From: Felis catus
Lineage: Eukaryota
DNA length: 64,000 nucleotides
Assembly (NCBI RefSeq): GCF_018350175.1
Contig: NC_058368.1
Coordinates: 202,060,001-202,124,000 of the forward strand
Direction of reading: 5' to 3'
This document shows positions 26,388 through 39,850 of this stretch, one piece after another. The translations under genes were made by a program, and so were the position numbers. The notes beneath the pieces are model-generated. The model made no database searches. It was given only the letters and a program-made list of their open reading frames with translations, and was not told the origin of the DNA. Numbering within the stretch: position 1 is the stretch's first letter; every line of letters begins with the position of its first letter.

Positions 26388-26790
26388 TTAGCTCCTGCTG
26401 GGAGAGGGAAAGGGGGAGCTGTTTAGTGGGTATAGAGTTTCAGTCCTACAAGATGAAAACTTCTGGAGATCTGTTTTACAACAATGTTAATATACTTAAT
26501 GCTACTGAACTGTACATTTAAACATGGTTAAGATGGCAAATATTCTTTATGGTAATTTTATTACAATTTTTTAAGAGTTTTATTTATTTTGGAAAAGAGT
26601 GCACACATGAGTGGGGGAGGGCAGATAGGGAGTGAGAGAGAGAGAGAATCCCAAGCAAGGCTCTGCACTGTCAGCACAGATCCTGACACGAGGCTTGAAC
26701 TCATGAATTGCGAGATCATGACCTGAGCTGAAACCAAGACTCAGACACTTAACGGCTGAGCCACCTTCGCGCCCCTTATTACAATTTAAA
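26388..26790 (+). mobile_element. Old L1 (L1MB-like) 3' end with a SINEC (-, 26570-26775) in its tail
   Basis: gggtatagagtttcagt...actgaactgtacatttaaa. SINE TSD TTATTACAATTT at 26558-26569 and 26776-26787. Confidence 0.8.
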
Positions 26791-26809
26791 ACAACAACAA
26801 AAAAGAGTG

Positions 26810-28460
26810 ATAGAATGAAAAAAAAATAACCTATAAATCCTTTAGCAGAAAAAGTAAAATAATATCTTTGAACCTAGGGCTTGGTATAAGCGAGTAGAGG
26901 CATGACATCAAAAAAAACAATCCATGAAAGAAAAAAATTATACTTCATCAAAATTTAAAAGTTTTACTCTGCAAAATATCCCCTTAGGATAAAAAGACAA
27001 ACGTATCCAGGGGCACCTGGGTGGCTCAGTCGGTTGGGCATCCGACTTCGGCTCAGGTCATGATCTCGTGGTCCGTGAGTTCGAGCCCCGCATCGGGCTC
27101 TGGGCTGACAGCTCAGAGCCTGGAGCCTGTTTCGGATTCTGTGTCTCCCTCTCTCTCTGACCCTCCCCTTCTCATGCTCTCTCTCTGTCTCAAAAATAAA
27201 TAAATGTTAAAAAAAATTAAAAAAAAAAGACATGTATCCTGACAAAGGATTCATATTTGGAATATATAAAGAACTCATAAAACTCAGTAGTAGAAACAAA
27301 AAGAAACAATCCAATCAGAAAATGAGCAAAAACCACAAAGATATTTCAGCAAAGAGGATATATAGAGGGCAAATAAGCACATACAAACATGCTCGACATC
27401 ACTAGTCATTAAGGAAATGCAAATGAAGAGCTATTGCTATATACATATGAGAATAGTGGAAATAAAGAATTTTGACAATATCAAATGCTGGCAAGGATGC
27501 ACAGAAATGAGATCTGACCTACATTGCTTGTGGAGATGTATAGACATTTTGGTGTAGCAGATTCTTTTTTTTTTTTTTTAATTTTTTTTTCAATGTTTTT
27601 ATTTATTTTTGGGACAGAGAGAGACAGAGCATGAACGGGGGAGGGGCAGAGAGAGAGGGAGACACAGAATCGGAAACAGGCTCCAGGCTCTGAGCCATCA
27701 GCCCAGAGCCTGACGCGGGGCTCGAACTCACGGACCGCGAGATCGTGACCTGGCTGAAGTTGGACGCTTAACCGACTGCGCCACCCAGGCGCCCCTGGTG
27801 TAGCAGATTCTTAACGATAGTAAACACTCCTTATCTGAACAATCACATTCGTAGGCACTTATGTCCGATAAATGAAAACGTATGTTGACACAAAATACTG
27901 TACATGACTGTACATAGCAGCTTTAATTATAATAGCCTCAAATTTCGAACAACCAAAATGACTATTTAAACAAATTGTATTACATTCAAACCACGGAATA
28001 TTACTCAGCAATAAAAAGGAACAAACTAGTAATACATGTAAACCAGTTGGATTTCAAGACTTTATGCTAAGTGAAAAAAAGGCCATCTCAAAAAGTATGA
28101 TTCCATTTACATGACATTCTCAAAATAAGATTATAGAGATGGAGAATGAATTCATGTTTCTTAAGGGTTAGCCATGCTGGAAGAGGGCACAGATGTAATT
28201 ACAAAGAGATAGCTTTCGGGAGACCTTTGTGATGATCCGTTAGTTGTGTATGTTGGTGGTTGTGTGAATCCACATATGTGAAAAAGGCATTGAACTTTAC
28301 ATACATGCTATACCAATGCCATTTTTTTTCTTTTGATATTATACTACAATTACCTAAGGTATTACCTTTGGGGGAAATAGGATTAAGGGTAAATGGGACT
28401 TCTCTGAACTATCTTTGCAATTTCCTATGAATCTATAATTTTTTCAAACTAAAATGTTTA
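26810..28460 (+). mobile_element. Old L1 (L1MC/MD-like) ORF2 end and 3' UTR with two nested SINECs (+ 27010-27228; - 27567-27795)
   Basis: Decayed ORF2-like motifs (aaatgctggcaaggatg, tactcagcaataaaaaggaac). Young SINE TSD TGGTGTAGCAGATTCTT at 27550-27566 and 27796-27812. Confidence 0.85.
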
Positions 28461-29484
28461 AGAAAATGTTTGAAATGGTTGAGTAGGCTAGGCATTAAAT
28501 GATTAGATTCTGAAAAGAATATGGTAGAAATGTTTACTTTTTAATTATAGGTTCAGGTAGAAAATCAACCTAAAAGGTCAGCTCAAAGCTGGTGAAAAAG
28601 TAAAGAGTAGCGATGGTTACAAACCGATGAGCTAAGATTGTAATTTCTTATCTGATGGTCCTGGCCAGGAAAAAAGAAATCCATTTCTTATTCTTGTTTA
28701 AATGTCAATACATGTTTATAAGTTTCTTCCCATCATTGATTGGTTGACAATATTTATGTACAAACTTGAGAAAGATCATCTGAGCATAAGAACCTTTATT
28801 CTGAGCTATTGTATCTATGTAAGAAATGGAAATTATATTAAATCTCTCGTTGTACCTAACCATATGTGAGCAATTTAGCTTTATGCTAACAACAACAAAA
28901 AAGTTGCATTATTTTGGAAATAAATCCATAATCAAGGAGGTTGAATCGAAACCTTTTACATTTATAAAATATATCTGCACATGCAAAATAATAGTAAATG
29001 TTCATATTCATGTCCCCTCCCTATCATAACTATATTAACTCATATTTGTTTCTTTAAATGGGGGTGTGGAGCCATTATTGTTGCTGCCATGGGGAGCAGG
29101 AGATAAGGGTGATCAGTCAGGGTTCCCAGTGATTTGTAGTGGCAGGGGACAGTTTGTGCATAGAGATTGCATTTGGCAGTATGTGTTTACAAGGGAGGCA
29201 GACATCTGCCTCTCATGACACCTTGAGCCAGCCTATTTACTCTTCTAGATCAGGTAGCTCAGGAAGCATTAAAATTCTATGCTTTTGGAAACATTCTATG
29301 TTTTCAAAACTTGTCCTGAAATTCTGAAACTCATAATCAAATTACATTTTAATTTTGCTCCTAGTAAAGCCCTGAAGTTTCCTGAGTTGGGGCAAAGAAA
29401 ACCTTTAGTTAAATATAAAATAAGTCAGCGTAATGCATTATAACAAATAAGTATATTTCATTGAAACAGAAGCCAAGGGTGCTT

Positions 29485-30355
29485 TTTATTTTTATTTAAT
29501 TTATTTTTTTAATATACATCCAAGTTAGCATATAGTGCAACAATGATTTCAGGAGTAGATTCCTTAATGCCCTTTACCCATTTAGCTCATACCCCCTCCC
29601 ACAACCCCTCCAGTAACCCACTCTTTGTTCTCAATATTTAAGAGTCTCTTATGTTTTTGTTCCCCTCCTTGTTTTTATATTATTTTTGCTTCCCTTCCCT
29701 TCTGTTTTTCCTTTCTGTTTTGTATCTTAAAGTCCTCATATGAGCGAAGTCATATGATATTTGTCTTTGACTAATTTCGCTTAGCATAATACCTTCTAGT
29801 TCCATCCACATAGTTGCAAATGGCAAGATTTCATTCTTTTTGGTTGCTGAGTAATACTCCATTGTATACATATACCACATCTTCTCATCCATTCATCCAT
29901 CAGTGGAAGTTTGGGCTGTTTCTATACTTTGCCTATTTTTTTTTTAATTTTTTTTTCAACGTTTTTTATTTATTTTTGGGACAGAGAGAGACAGAGCATG
30001 AACGGGGGAGGGGCAGAGAGAGAGGGAGACACAGAATCTGAAACAGGCTCCAGGCTCCGAGCCATCAGCCCAGAGCCTGACGCGGGGCTCGAACTCACGG
30101 GCCGCGAGATCGTGACCTGGCTGAAGTCGGACGCTTAACCGACTGCGCCACCCAGGCGCCCCATATACTTTGCCTATTATTGATAGTGCTGCTATAAACA
30201 CTGGGGTGCATGTGTCCCTTCAAAACAGCACACCTGTATCCCTCGGATAAATACCTCGTGGTGCAATCGCTGGGTCGTAGGGTAGTTCTATGTTTAATTT
30301 TTTGAGGAACTTCCATACTATTTTCCAGAGTGGCTGCACCAGTTTGTATTCCCAG
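29485..30355 (-). mobile_element. Carnivore/felid L1 3' fragment with a nested young SINEC (-, 29938-30162)
   Basis: ORF 29680-29892 gives KMWYMYTMEYYSATKKNEILPFATMWMELEGIMLSEISQ, the L1 ORF2 C-terminus. SINE TSD TATACTTTGCCTATT at 29923-29937 and 30164-30178. Confidence 0.93.
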
Positions 30356-32014
30356 GTTTTGTTTTGTTTTGTTTTGTTTTTAAATGTTATAAAAGTACAT
30401 GAAGAGATGAGAGAAATGATGTAAATCTATTTATATAGGGGAAACCCACAATTAAGAAAATGAATCCTTAGCCATGAAAATTAGTCTTCTGATCTCACAA
30501 CTATTAAGTAGTGTCTTGCTATTTTCTATCATATCATTTAGAGCTTAACAATTCATCATGAAAGTACACTTTGAGTTCATGACCCAAAAACTCGTCCATT
30601 AAAGTCAGTTGTAGAAAGAAATGGTAATGTTCTCTTGTGAAATAGCAGGAGACATCATCTCATTTTGGGCTCTTGGTCTGACTTTCCACCATGTGAAATT
30701 TATCTGTCATTCTTACTTTTCTGTTTTAATCATAGGGATTTGCCAAAAGTACTAATTCCTTTGTATCTGTGTCCCTACCATTGTGCACGCAGACTAAATG
30801 GGCTCCGATTACTTGTGATAATATGTTTCACAAAAGCAATCAGTGTCCATAGGATTGAGCTTAGACTGGAAGCTTCTCAGCCCAAAAGAGAGCTATTAGA
30901 AGACAGTAGCTGAAAGGTCTTGTGTTGGGCTGACTTGAGAAAGAATGTGGCCAAAGGAATGAACTAGGACAGTTGAATTTTTGCAAAATCCTGGGAACCA
31001 TGGCAAAATGTTTTACTTTCAGGAGCTTTGAGCCATTGAGATCATTAATAGGAACTTACATGTTCATCTTCTATCAATTTCGTCTTCATACCACACATAA
31101 TAGAATGCAGTGGAGTTTACTAAGTGTTATCTGGCAAAACCGTTGCCTACCCATATCTAGTGAGGAACAAAGTTAGGTTATTAGCCAGCACTTTCCTTTG
31201 CCTTAGCCTCAGAAATCCAAGAAGTTGCATTTTGGGGAAAGAAGTGAAGGTATTTAGAGAGATCATAATTTGAAGCTAGTTTATTTTCTCAGAATTAGGT
31301 CACAGTTGGGCTGAGAGGAAAGGGCCCGAATTATCCCCAAGTCTCTTTCCAGGTTCTTTACCCTCAATCCTAGTTTTATGTGTCTTGAAAGATGGAATAG
31401 GAATTGCAAAAATGTGGGAAAGAACTTCGATGGAAGTTGTACAGAACATTCTTGTCACTTCCTTTCATCTCCTAGTTTGCAATACAGGCATACTGAAATT
31501 CATCTTGCTCATTTTTTTAGTCTTCACTTGTCAAAGGCCCATACCACCACATAAGATTCAATTAAATTTGTTATGACAGAAATTTTATGTATGTTATTTC
31601 ATTCAAGTCATAGGAATGGCTGTAAATGCTGTTAGAAAGACTTGTTTATGCCTACCACAGGCCATTATTGAGGGCTTACTTTGCTCAGTAGTGTGCTTGC
31701 CACTGGGAATTCGTAGGTGAAAGGAGCACTTCTTAAAGAATTTATAGACTAGTGCTGGGTGAAAAAATAAGAGCCAATTTTTGATACAATGGGAAAAATG
31801 CTTTCTTTGCTAAATAATTTCTGGGATATAAATAGAAAAGAGCACATAAAGGAAATTTTTATCTAGGTGGCCTTTGTTAAAATGGGATGATGGCTTTAGT
31901 GCAGTAATAAATAAATTCCTCACGACATAGAGAACATTTACCAAGATGTTACTATAAGCTTCACTACACTATAAGGGAATATAGCATAGAAAATATAATT
32001 CTTTCTCTTCAGTA

Positions 32015-32215
32015 ATTTTTAAAGTTTATTTATTTTGAGAGAGAGAGAGCATGAGCAGGGGAGGGGCAGAGAGAGAGGGAGGGAGAGAAAATCCCAAGCA
32101 GGCTCCACACTGTCAGCACAGAGCCCAATGCAGGGCTTGAACTCCTGAACCATGAGGTCATGTGAGCCGAAACCAAGAGTCAGATGCTCAACCGACAGAG
32201 ACACCCAGGCGTCCT
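32015..32215 (-). mobile_element. SINEC
   Basis: Typical body and T-rich tail. Confidence 0.9.
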
Positions 32216-32914
32216 GAAAATAATTTATAATTCTTACAGGGTTGCAGCCCTGTACTGCAGAATGGTTACCAGACTCCTTTCCTGTGTGAATCCAGGCTGC
32301 CTCCACCAGTGGGAGAATTTCCACTGTCTCACCTTCTCAGAGTCCTGGCCACATGTCTGAAAAACGCTTAGAGAAAATGAAAGCTTTTGCACTTCTCAGC
32401 CTCCGGTGTACCTCTGGAGGCTCATTTTCTTCCTCAAGATTGACATCTTTCCAGTGTGACTGATGATAGAAATATCCACTGAGGGAAAATTCTACTCTTG
32501 TCCATAAAACAATCCCATAATAGTGTGAGAAGGGTATATTTGCTGAATTTTGAATTGTATAATAATAGATAGTACTTGTGTCAAAACCAGTTCAGTTAAC
32601 AACAGGGCACACCAAATTCATTGCATTTCCTTTTTGGTTTCTTCCCATCAAATAAAAAAAAAATTACAACTAATCTTATGGCCTAATCTCACCAAACTTC
32701 TTCTTATTTCTTGTGTGTCAAATGAAGCCAACAACATAGTAATTCACCACGTAAGATTTTGAAGGCTCTTCAGGAAAACTTTAACAAACTCTCCATCAAA
32801 CAAAAAGTGCCCAGTGTCATATCAGCTTATGAGCCTAACTCTCTGGGTATAATAGATAGGATATATACTTCATGACAATATAAGAATAGCAGATGGATGC
32901 CTAGACATGTAATC

Positions 32915-33980
32915 CGTCACTCATGCATTCATGTACATATTATACAACTGTGCCTGTAAGGGTTCTGGGTCTGGGAGATGGAGTGGCAAACAGAGTGAGG
33001 TGCTTACCTCATGGAACTTACCTTCTAATGGAGAAGACAGATAAATGAAAAGGCAAATAAAATATATATTAACTGGGATTAATAAATGCTATAAAAAAAT
33101 AAAGCAAAGAAAGACTAACTTGTGCTTTTGTTTAAGGACAGTAGTTGGGAGGCTTTTCCGGAGGAGGTCTAAGCAGAGACCAGACTAAAGTTACATATAT
33201 ATCTGGGGAGAGCATGACAGGCTGAGGGACAGAAAGTACGCAGACCGAAAGATAATAATGTGCTTGATGTGTCAAAGGATCAGCAGGAAGTCCAGTATAG
33301 CTGAATGAGGATGAAGGGTAGGAAATGAGGGATAAAATTAGCCAAGCAATATGGAGGCCACAGAAAGGATTTTAATTTTAATCTCAGTCATATGAAACGT
33401 TAGAATTAGGTACAGCTGCAAGTGATGAAAAATTTATATTTAGAATAGCTTAAGAAAGACAGATGATTACTTCTCTTTCATATAAAGACATTAAGATATA
33501 GGCATCCCAGTTCAGCTTCAAAAAATTGTCAGGGGCATAGCTCCTTCTATCCTTAGGGGTCAGTCCTTCTCAGAATGTGGCTTTAGCCTGGGACCCAGAT
33601 GGCTGAATGAGCCCCAGCCATCAACTCTGCATTTCAATGATCAGAAAGTACAAAGGAGCAAAGCAAATGCTTCTATTTATAAACTTATTTACTGAAAAGT
33701 GTATCTTAAGGCTACACCTAGCTCTGAGAGAAAGTAGAAAGTGTAGTTTTCATTCTAGACATTTGTGAATATATTGGGGGTTAAATTCTCAAAGAAGAAT
33801 GGTAGATAGGTATTGGGGAGAATGAGTTGGTTCTGACACCAGGAGCCATTGGGTGGTGTTGAGCAGAAGCATGATACGATCTGATTTTCATTATTAAAAA
33901 ATCACCTTGCCATGTAGAGAATGGAGGACGTAAGAAATGAAGCAGGGAGACCAGCTAAAAGTCTACAGTAGTGAACTAAA
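32915..33980 (-). mobile_element. L2 3' remnant interrupted by an old ERVL/MaLR-type LTR (~33395-33835)
   Basis: L2-like cctcatggaacttaccttctaatggagaagacaga. LTR-like cagatggctgaatgagccccagccatcaactctgcatttc. Confidence 0.6.
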
Positions 33981-35454
33981 CGTTATTAATGTCACCTTAG
34001 TAATGGCTTTTAGATTTGTAGAGGTAGGGTTTACTTTGGAACAAGCCAAATACTAGTTGTTGGTGTTACTTCCCCAAGTTTCTCTTTGCTTGATTCTTCA
34101 CTTAATATTTGTTTCAGAATAATAGAAAGGTCAAGTGACAATACAGAAGCCTTCTTCTGTAACCTCAAATCTCCATGACAGGATATGCTATCTGTATATT
34201 AAATATATAAACTTGTGCAAAACTTATGACAAGACAAATTAATATATGTTTAGTGAAACGTAGGTTTAGAGAAATAATTGAAATCAACGTTATTCACTGC
34301 AGAGCATAATCTCAGGACAAAGCATTTTGCCATCATTTTCTTGCCATGGTTTAGATGGACCAGATTTTGCAACATAATTTTTTCTTAGTATAAATCTCCT
34401 TCCAATGAGAAGCCAAACTCTAGTTGAAAGAATGAAAGAAAGAAGAGAGAAAGAAAAAAAAATAAGTAACAGCCATCTTAATGGGAGGTCCTGGCCTGAA
34501 ACCCAGCAAAGAAAGATAATCTGGTAAAGTTACTTACAGTTTTTACTGTTTTCCTGTAATTTTTCACATTAATCATTCCTACCAAATATTTTTTTTTTTT
34601 AACAATGTATGATTATTTTCTCCAAGGAGAGAAAAAGCATGCTTTGTTTCTGAACAAACACATCTTCCAACTTGGCTGTGGAAATGCAGTTTGTGTTGTG
34701 CATCCTTGAAGCAAGGTGGAGAGAGAGAAAAATATGAAAAGGAAAAGAAGCCAGGAAAGAAGTGATTATTTTTTTCATCAGCTAAAGAGCATTAAATTGC
34801 ATTTCCTAAATGACTTGATGTGTTTGGTATCTTGCTGTCAAGGCCAGCTTTCTGTGTTGTGGTCTGATATGAGCAGTGGTAGAAAAATTCCACCAATTAC
34901 AGATATTTACTACACCCCTTCAGTGCAATCGTTGATTTGGGAAAGCACTACTCGGAAAAGCAGGCACACATAAAGAGGACACCAAAAGTCAGTTTTCCGG
35001 GGGGCAGCATGATGGATGGTACAGTGTCTTCCTATATAGAATAGGAATAAGAATGTTTCAGTATTTTTATGCTTCATTTTAGTATGCTTGGGAGCTTAAC
35101 AGAATTATTTCAAGAAGTTATTCCATAAATAAATGTGCCAAATCAACAACAAACTTACACTATCAAGTTGGATTTATAAGGGCCATGGCCATATAAATCT
35201 ACTTTAACTGGACTAGAACAATCCCCACATCTAAAAATGGTTAGGAACTAAAACGCAGAAGTTTTCAAATAGAGTCATCATAGATTGTTAGTGAATTAGA
35301 CTTCCCCAGAATTTTATTTACTTCTTATTCTGCTGTAGATGTTTGGATATCGCTGAGAGATCACCTTGGTTCATGAGTCCAAATGAAGGTGGAGGTCAAT
35401 CTCCACAGTTATGACCTGGAAATTATCCAAGTGTCTTATTAAAAAAAAAAAACA

Positions 35455-35500
35455 CTTTTTTTTTTTTTGAAAAAGAGAGTGTGAGTGAGGGAGAGGTACA

Positions 35501-35544
<44 letters not shown>

Positions 35545-35655
35545 TAAGCAGGCCCCACACTTAGTACCAAGCACAATGTGGGGCTTGATCCCACAACCCT
35601 GGATCTTGACTTGAGCCAAAATCAAGAGTTGGATGCTCAACAAACTGAGCCACCT
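35455..35655 (-). mobile_element. SINEC
   Basis: T tail, (GA)n tract, ends actgagccacc. Confidence 0.88.
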
Positions 35656-36379
35656 TAGAAAAACGCATGACTTTTAAAAAAAATTTGAAATGGGTATCCA
35701 AGGTCCTGATCTATGCCTCATGTAATAGTTAATCAAGATTAGAAAATACTAAATCTGTGAAAAAAAGAAAATCAGGACTTTACTAATTTAAAACTTCCTG
35801 TACCTTTAAAATATCTCTTTGGAAGAATATGAAACGTTGCAGAAACCGGAACTTGATCATCAATGTTTATCAAGGAAAAGGTCACCATATGTTATTAAAA
35901 CACTAAGTGGGAGTTCAATCTTAATGAATCATAGATGATTGATTTAGTTGAATTTATTCCTTCCATAATAATTATCTTTTGAAAAAAGAGAAAAATATTC
36001 TCTTGCTTATATGTTGCTTGTAGTCATTCCACTAAGCGGGTTCTAGTCTCAAGACTGGGAAAGTTCTCCTGATTTGGTATCTTTCCATATAACCATAGAG
36101 TGAGTATTTATTGAAGAGAAAGGTAAAAATTCAATGGACAAATAATATTCTCAACTACTGAATAATTAATGGAGAGGGCTTTTCAGGTTAGGGAGAGCAC
36201 AGGCAAAGGCATAAAGATGGGAATAAGAAAGCAAAATCAATGAATGCTAAAAATTGTGGCACCAGTTATTATAATAGAGGATAGATGTGGGAAGTTGGGA
36301 GTTAAGTGGGTTGATGAATCTGCAAAAGTAAATTGGATTTATATGGTGAAAAATTTTGAATTAAATTTTGAAAAGTTTA

Positions 36380-36610
36380 GGGGCTCCTGGGTGACTCGGT
36401 TGGTTAGGCTTCCGACTCTTGATTTCTGCTCAGGTAAGGATCTCAGTGTGGTGAGATTGAGTCCTGAGTTGGGCTCTGTGCTGGGTGTGCAGCCTGCTTG
36501 GGATTCTCTCTCTCCTTCTCCCTCTGCTCCTCCCCAGCTTGCATGCCCTGTGCGTGCCCTGTGCTCTTTCTCTCTCTCTCAAAAAAAATAAAAGTAAAAT
36601 AAAAATAAAA
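36380..36610 (+). mobile_element. SINEC (older subfamily)
   Basis: ggggctcctgggtgactcgg...cctgcttgggattctctc and A tail. Confidence 0.88.
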
Positions 36611-36699
36611 CTCAAAAAGTTTATATTTTCTTCTATACATAATGAAGACTTTATAGATGAAACACAACAATCATTCTCTAAATGCCATACATTGATTCT

Positions 36700-38045
36700 G
36701 GATAGCCAAGGTAGCGGTGGCCATCTAAATTTAAATCTCACAACATGTCCTTCAAACCTACACAGATCAGGAAGAACAACAAAGAAAACCACACAAATCT
36801 CAAGCCTTTACTATAAGTAGAAAACAGAGAACAGTACAACTTCAAATGACTTGTTGGGTAGAAAAACAAACATCATGTTTTTGTGGAGCTATGTCTTGCG
36901 TTCTGACCAAACCATTGCAGAAAATAGAAGGTAGACATTTTGAAAAACTCTCCAGAAGATAGGAGGAGATGGAGGGCCTAAGATTGAACTAAATCATGAC
37001 CAGAAAGAAGAAAGTCTACCCTAGGTGCTAAAATACTGAAAAAAGAGGTCTTGTATAGCAGAGCACTGGTTACAGATAAGGGACTTAAAAGTATACAGTT
37101 TGGAAGGTTATTGCTTCTGGAGGCAATAGGGTACAAAGGAAGAGAGACGTGTTCTCTGGAAATTATGCAATGAAGAGTACAAGAGCAAGTAAGGAGAAAT
37201 TTTGAAAGAAAAAGAAAACAAATTATAGAACTAAAAACACAAAAACTATCCTCCAAGTGCCACTGATTTAAAAACTGCATTTTCCTACACTGACTAAGGG
37301 AAAGGAGTCATTCATTCTTCAACTAAGAATATTCTGAGCCACCCTACACCAGAAGCCTTGTTCATGAAATGCAAGGCAAAAGGTGTTTTGATGTCCAGAA
37401 AGCTGTTAGAAGAACACCATAAATAAGAATAAAACTATTTTAGCTAACCGCGAGCTCCCAACACACACACACATTTATGCATATGCACACATGTGTGCAT
37501 ACGTGCACAGCAGAAGGAATCCAATATTCTGAAATAAATTCTCAAACATTTGGTGATATAAAAATATCACAATAACCTTGAATTAGAAATTTAAAAAAGG
37601 AAAGAAACTACCAAAGCCATAAAAAAAATAATAAAAGGGTAGTTGACTTACTTCAGGAAAGAAATAGAAGAAAAAAAAAGAAAATCATATAATAAGTGAA
37701 GACTAAATTAAAAGATGCCTGAGAAACAAAAGTAGGAAAACATCAAAGAGAATCAAACTTGAGATAACGGAGTAAAATTGGTCAGAGAGACAGCAATTGA
37801 AAAAGACAAACAAACAAGGCCCACATAAATATAAATGAAGTTACTGGAGAAGAAACAACACTGGAATAACGTTAATATTGGTATTTATTAGACAGAACAC
37901 TTTTCAGAAATAAAATACAGATCTATAGGACTTCCTAGTTATCTATGAAAAGTGATCCAGAATAATCAAGCCATAGACATATTTTAGTAAAACTATTCAA
38001 ATTTAAATGTAAAGAAAAAAGTTATCAGGACCTCCAGCCGTAAAT
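36700..38045 (+). mobile_element. Highly decayed L1 5'/ORF1-like remnant
   Basis: A-rich purine skew; agacatattttagtaaaactatt...aaagaaaaaag resembles the ORF1 RHI-VK region. Confidence 0.45.
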
Positions 38046-38261
38046 GATGAGGGAGCGTGGGGCGGGCTGAGACAAAGTGCAAGTTGGCAGCACGCCTCCC
38101 CATCCTCCACAACCTCCCTAGCCCCCCACGGCCAGCTCTGCACCCCCACCATTCCAAAACCCCATCAAGGGTGTAAAAGATCAATATCTAACGGTAACTA
38201 TATTCCTAGTTGATTTTGTTTTTCAGATCTTCTATATTGGACTGTATAAAAGTCTCTTCGT

Positions 38262-38486
38262 TTTTTAAATTTTTTTAATGTTTTATTTATTTTTGAGAGA
38301 GAGGGAGAGAGAGACAGAATACGAGTGGGGGAGGGGCAGAGAGCGAGGGAGACAGAATCTGAGACAAGCTCCAGGCTCTGAACTGTCAGCACAGAGCCTG
38401 ACGCAGGGCTCGGAACTCAGGAACTGTGAGATCATGTCCCGAGCTGAAGTCGGACTCTTAACCAGCTGAGCCACCCAGGCGCCCCA
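38262..38486 (-). mobile_element. SINEC
   Basis: Ends gagccacccaggcgcccc. Confidence 0.92.
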
Positions 38487-38857
38487 AGTTTTTTTCTATC
38501 AGTGTTTTCTTACATTACCTATGGTGTCTGCTGTATAGTTATTTGGTGCATAGACATTCATAAGTATTATATTTTCATTTTCAATTGTAGCTTTGAGATA
38601 AAATGTGCCTTTCTTTGTCATGTTTAATACATATGATGTAAACTTGACTTGTCTGATATCAGAATTACAACCTATGCCTTCTTATTATTTCCCTTTGCCT
38701 GGTATACCTTTGTCCATCTCTTTGTTTTTAACCTTTCTAGATCCCTTTGTTTGGGTGTGCTCTCATATAGTGTTGCTTTGTGAGCTAAATTGAGAATCTT
38801 AAGCCTATGCATATTTATTGAAAAGACTGATATTGTTTAGTCTCCACTCTGCCCAAG

Positions 38858-39585
38858 TGATGAGGTTTTGGGATGATGGGGGCGGGGGGTGGTCCGGAGC
38901 TGATGGCCAAGAAAGAATTCTTGAGAAGTCTCTGGTGCAACGAGGTGATTTTATTAAACACAGGGACAGGACGCATGAGCAGAAAGAGCTGCACTGGGGT
39001 TGTGAAGAATGAGGGTTGTATACTATGGAATGGGAGAGGTAAAGTTAAAAGGGAGGCCTCCAGAAGGACTTTGATATGCTAAAGAGGACTCCTAAGATAA
39101 CTGAGGCCTTGCTATTGTCCAGCTAAGGTTGTTTTTCCCTCTAGCAAAGCATTAACATTCGGACAGTAGGGGGTTCCTGGAGAAATGTCATATTCCTTAT
39201 TTGCGTCAAGTATTTGTCAATGGGCTGCAGGTTATAAGGGAATTTAATTTTACCTGCCATTTATTTCTTGTCTTTGTTCCCCACATCACTATGGAGGGGT
39301 GATGTTGGAGCTCCAGGAAGCTGAGTCTAAAGGTTTCTGGAGATTAAGGCTATTAATAAGATTGCCTTTTTCTTGTAATTTACTAAGATATTTGTAAACT
39401 GATGGAGACCCATGTCCTATATGACTGTGATCTCTATCAGTCAGCCATTTGTTTTCTTTCCTTTCCTTTGTTCTTGGGCAGCCAGGAGTGCCTGAGGAAT
39501 GTCACACATAGCCCACCTTGGTTGGGGGTGGAAGGATATGCTAGCTTGTACTTTGCCCTCAAGGTTGCCTTATGCTCCCACATCA
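38858..39585 (-). mobile_element. Carnivore ERV solo LTR, ~728 bp
   Basis: TGATG...CATCA inverted termini and a minus-strand AATAAA (tttatt 38950-38955). No matching TSD (CAAG vs CCCT). Confidence 0.7.
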
Positions 39586-39699
39586 CCCTGATAAAAAGAG
39601 GGTGCTGATAACATTTTGTAACAACACAATAAAACTAGAATTTAGTTATAAGATATAAAACAAAGCGTCTTTCTACCAGGAATAAAAACCTTTTGTTAG

Positions 39700-39850
39700 C
39701 AGCTCTTTATTTTAAAATATAGGTTTTATCATTAGTTAGGTATGGCAAGGCCAAAAGATCAGAAGACAACTGCCATTGAAATGATACTGTTATGCTCGCA
39801 GATCCCAAGAGGAACGGTCATGCCTTACTATGGGGACTACATAGTGAACC
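39700..39850 (-). mobile_element. MER21-like LTR, left part
   Basis: aggccaaaagatcagaagacaactgccattgaaa...cccaagagga resembles the recalled MER21C consensus. Confidence 0.7.
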
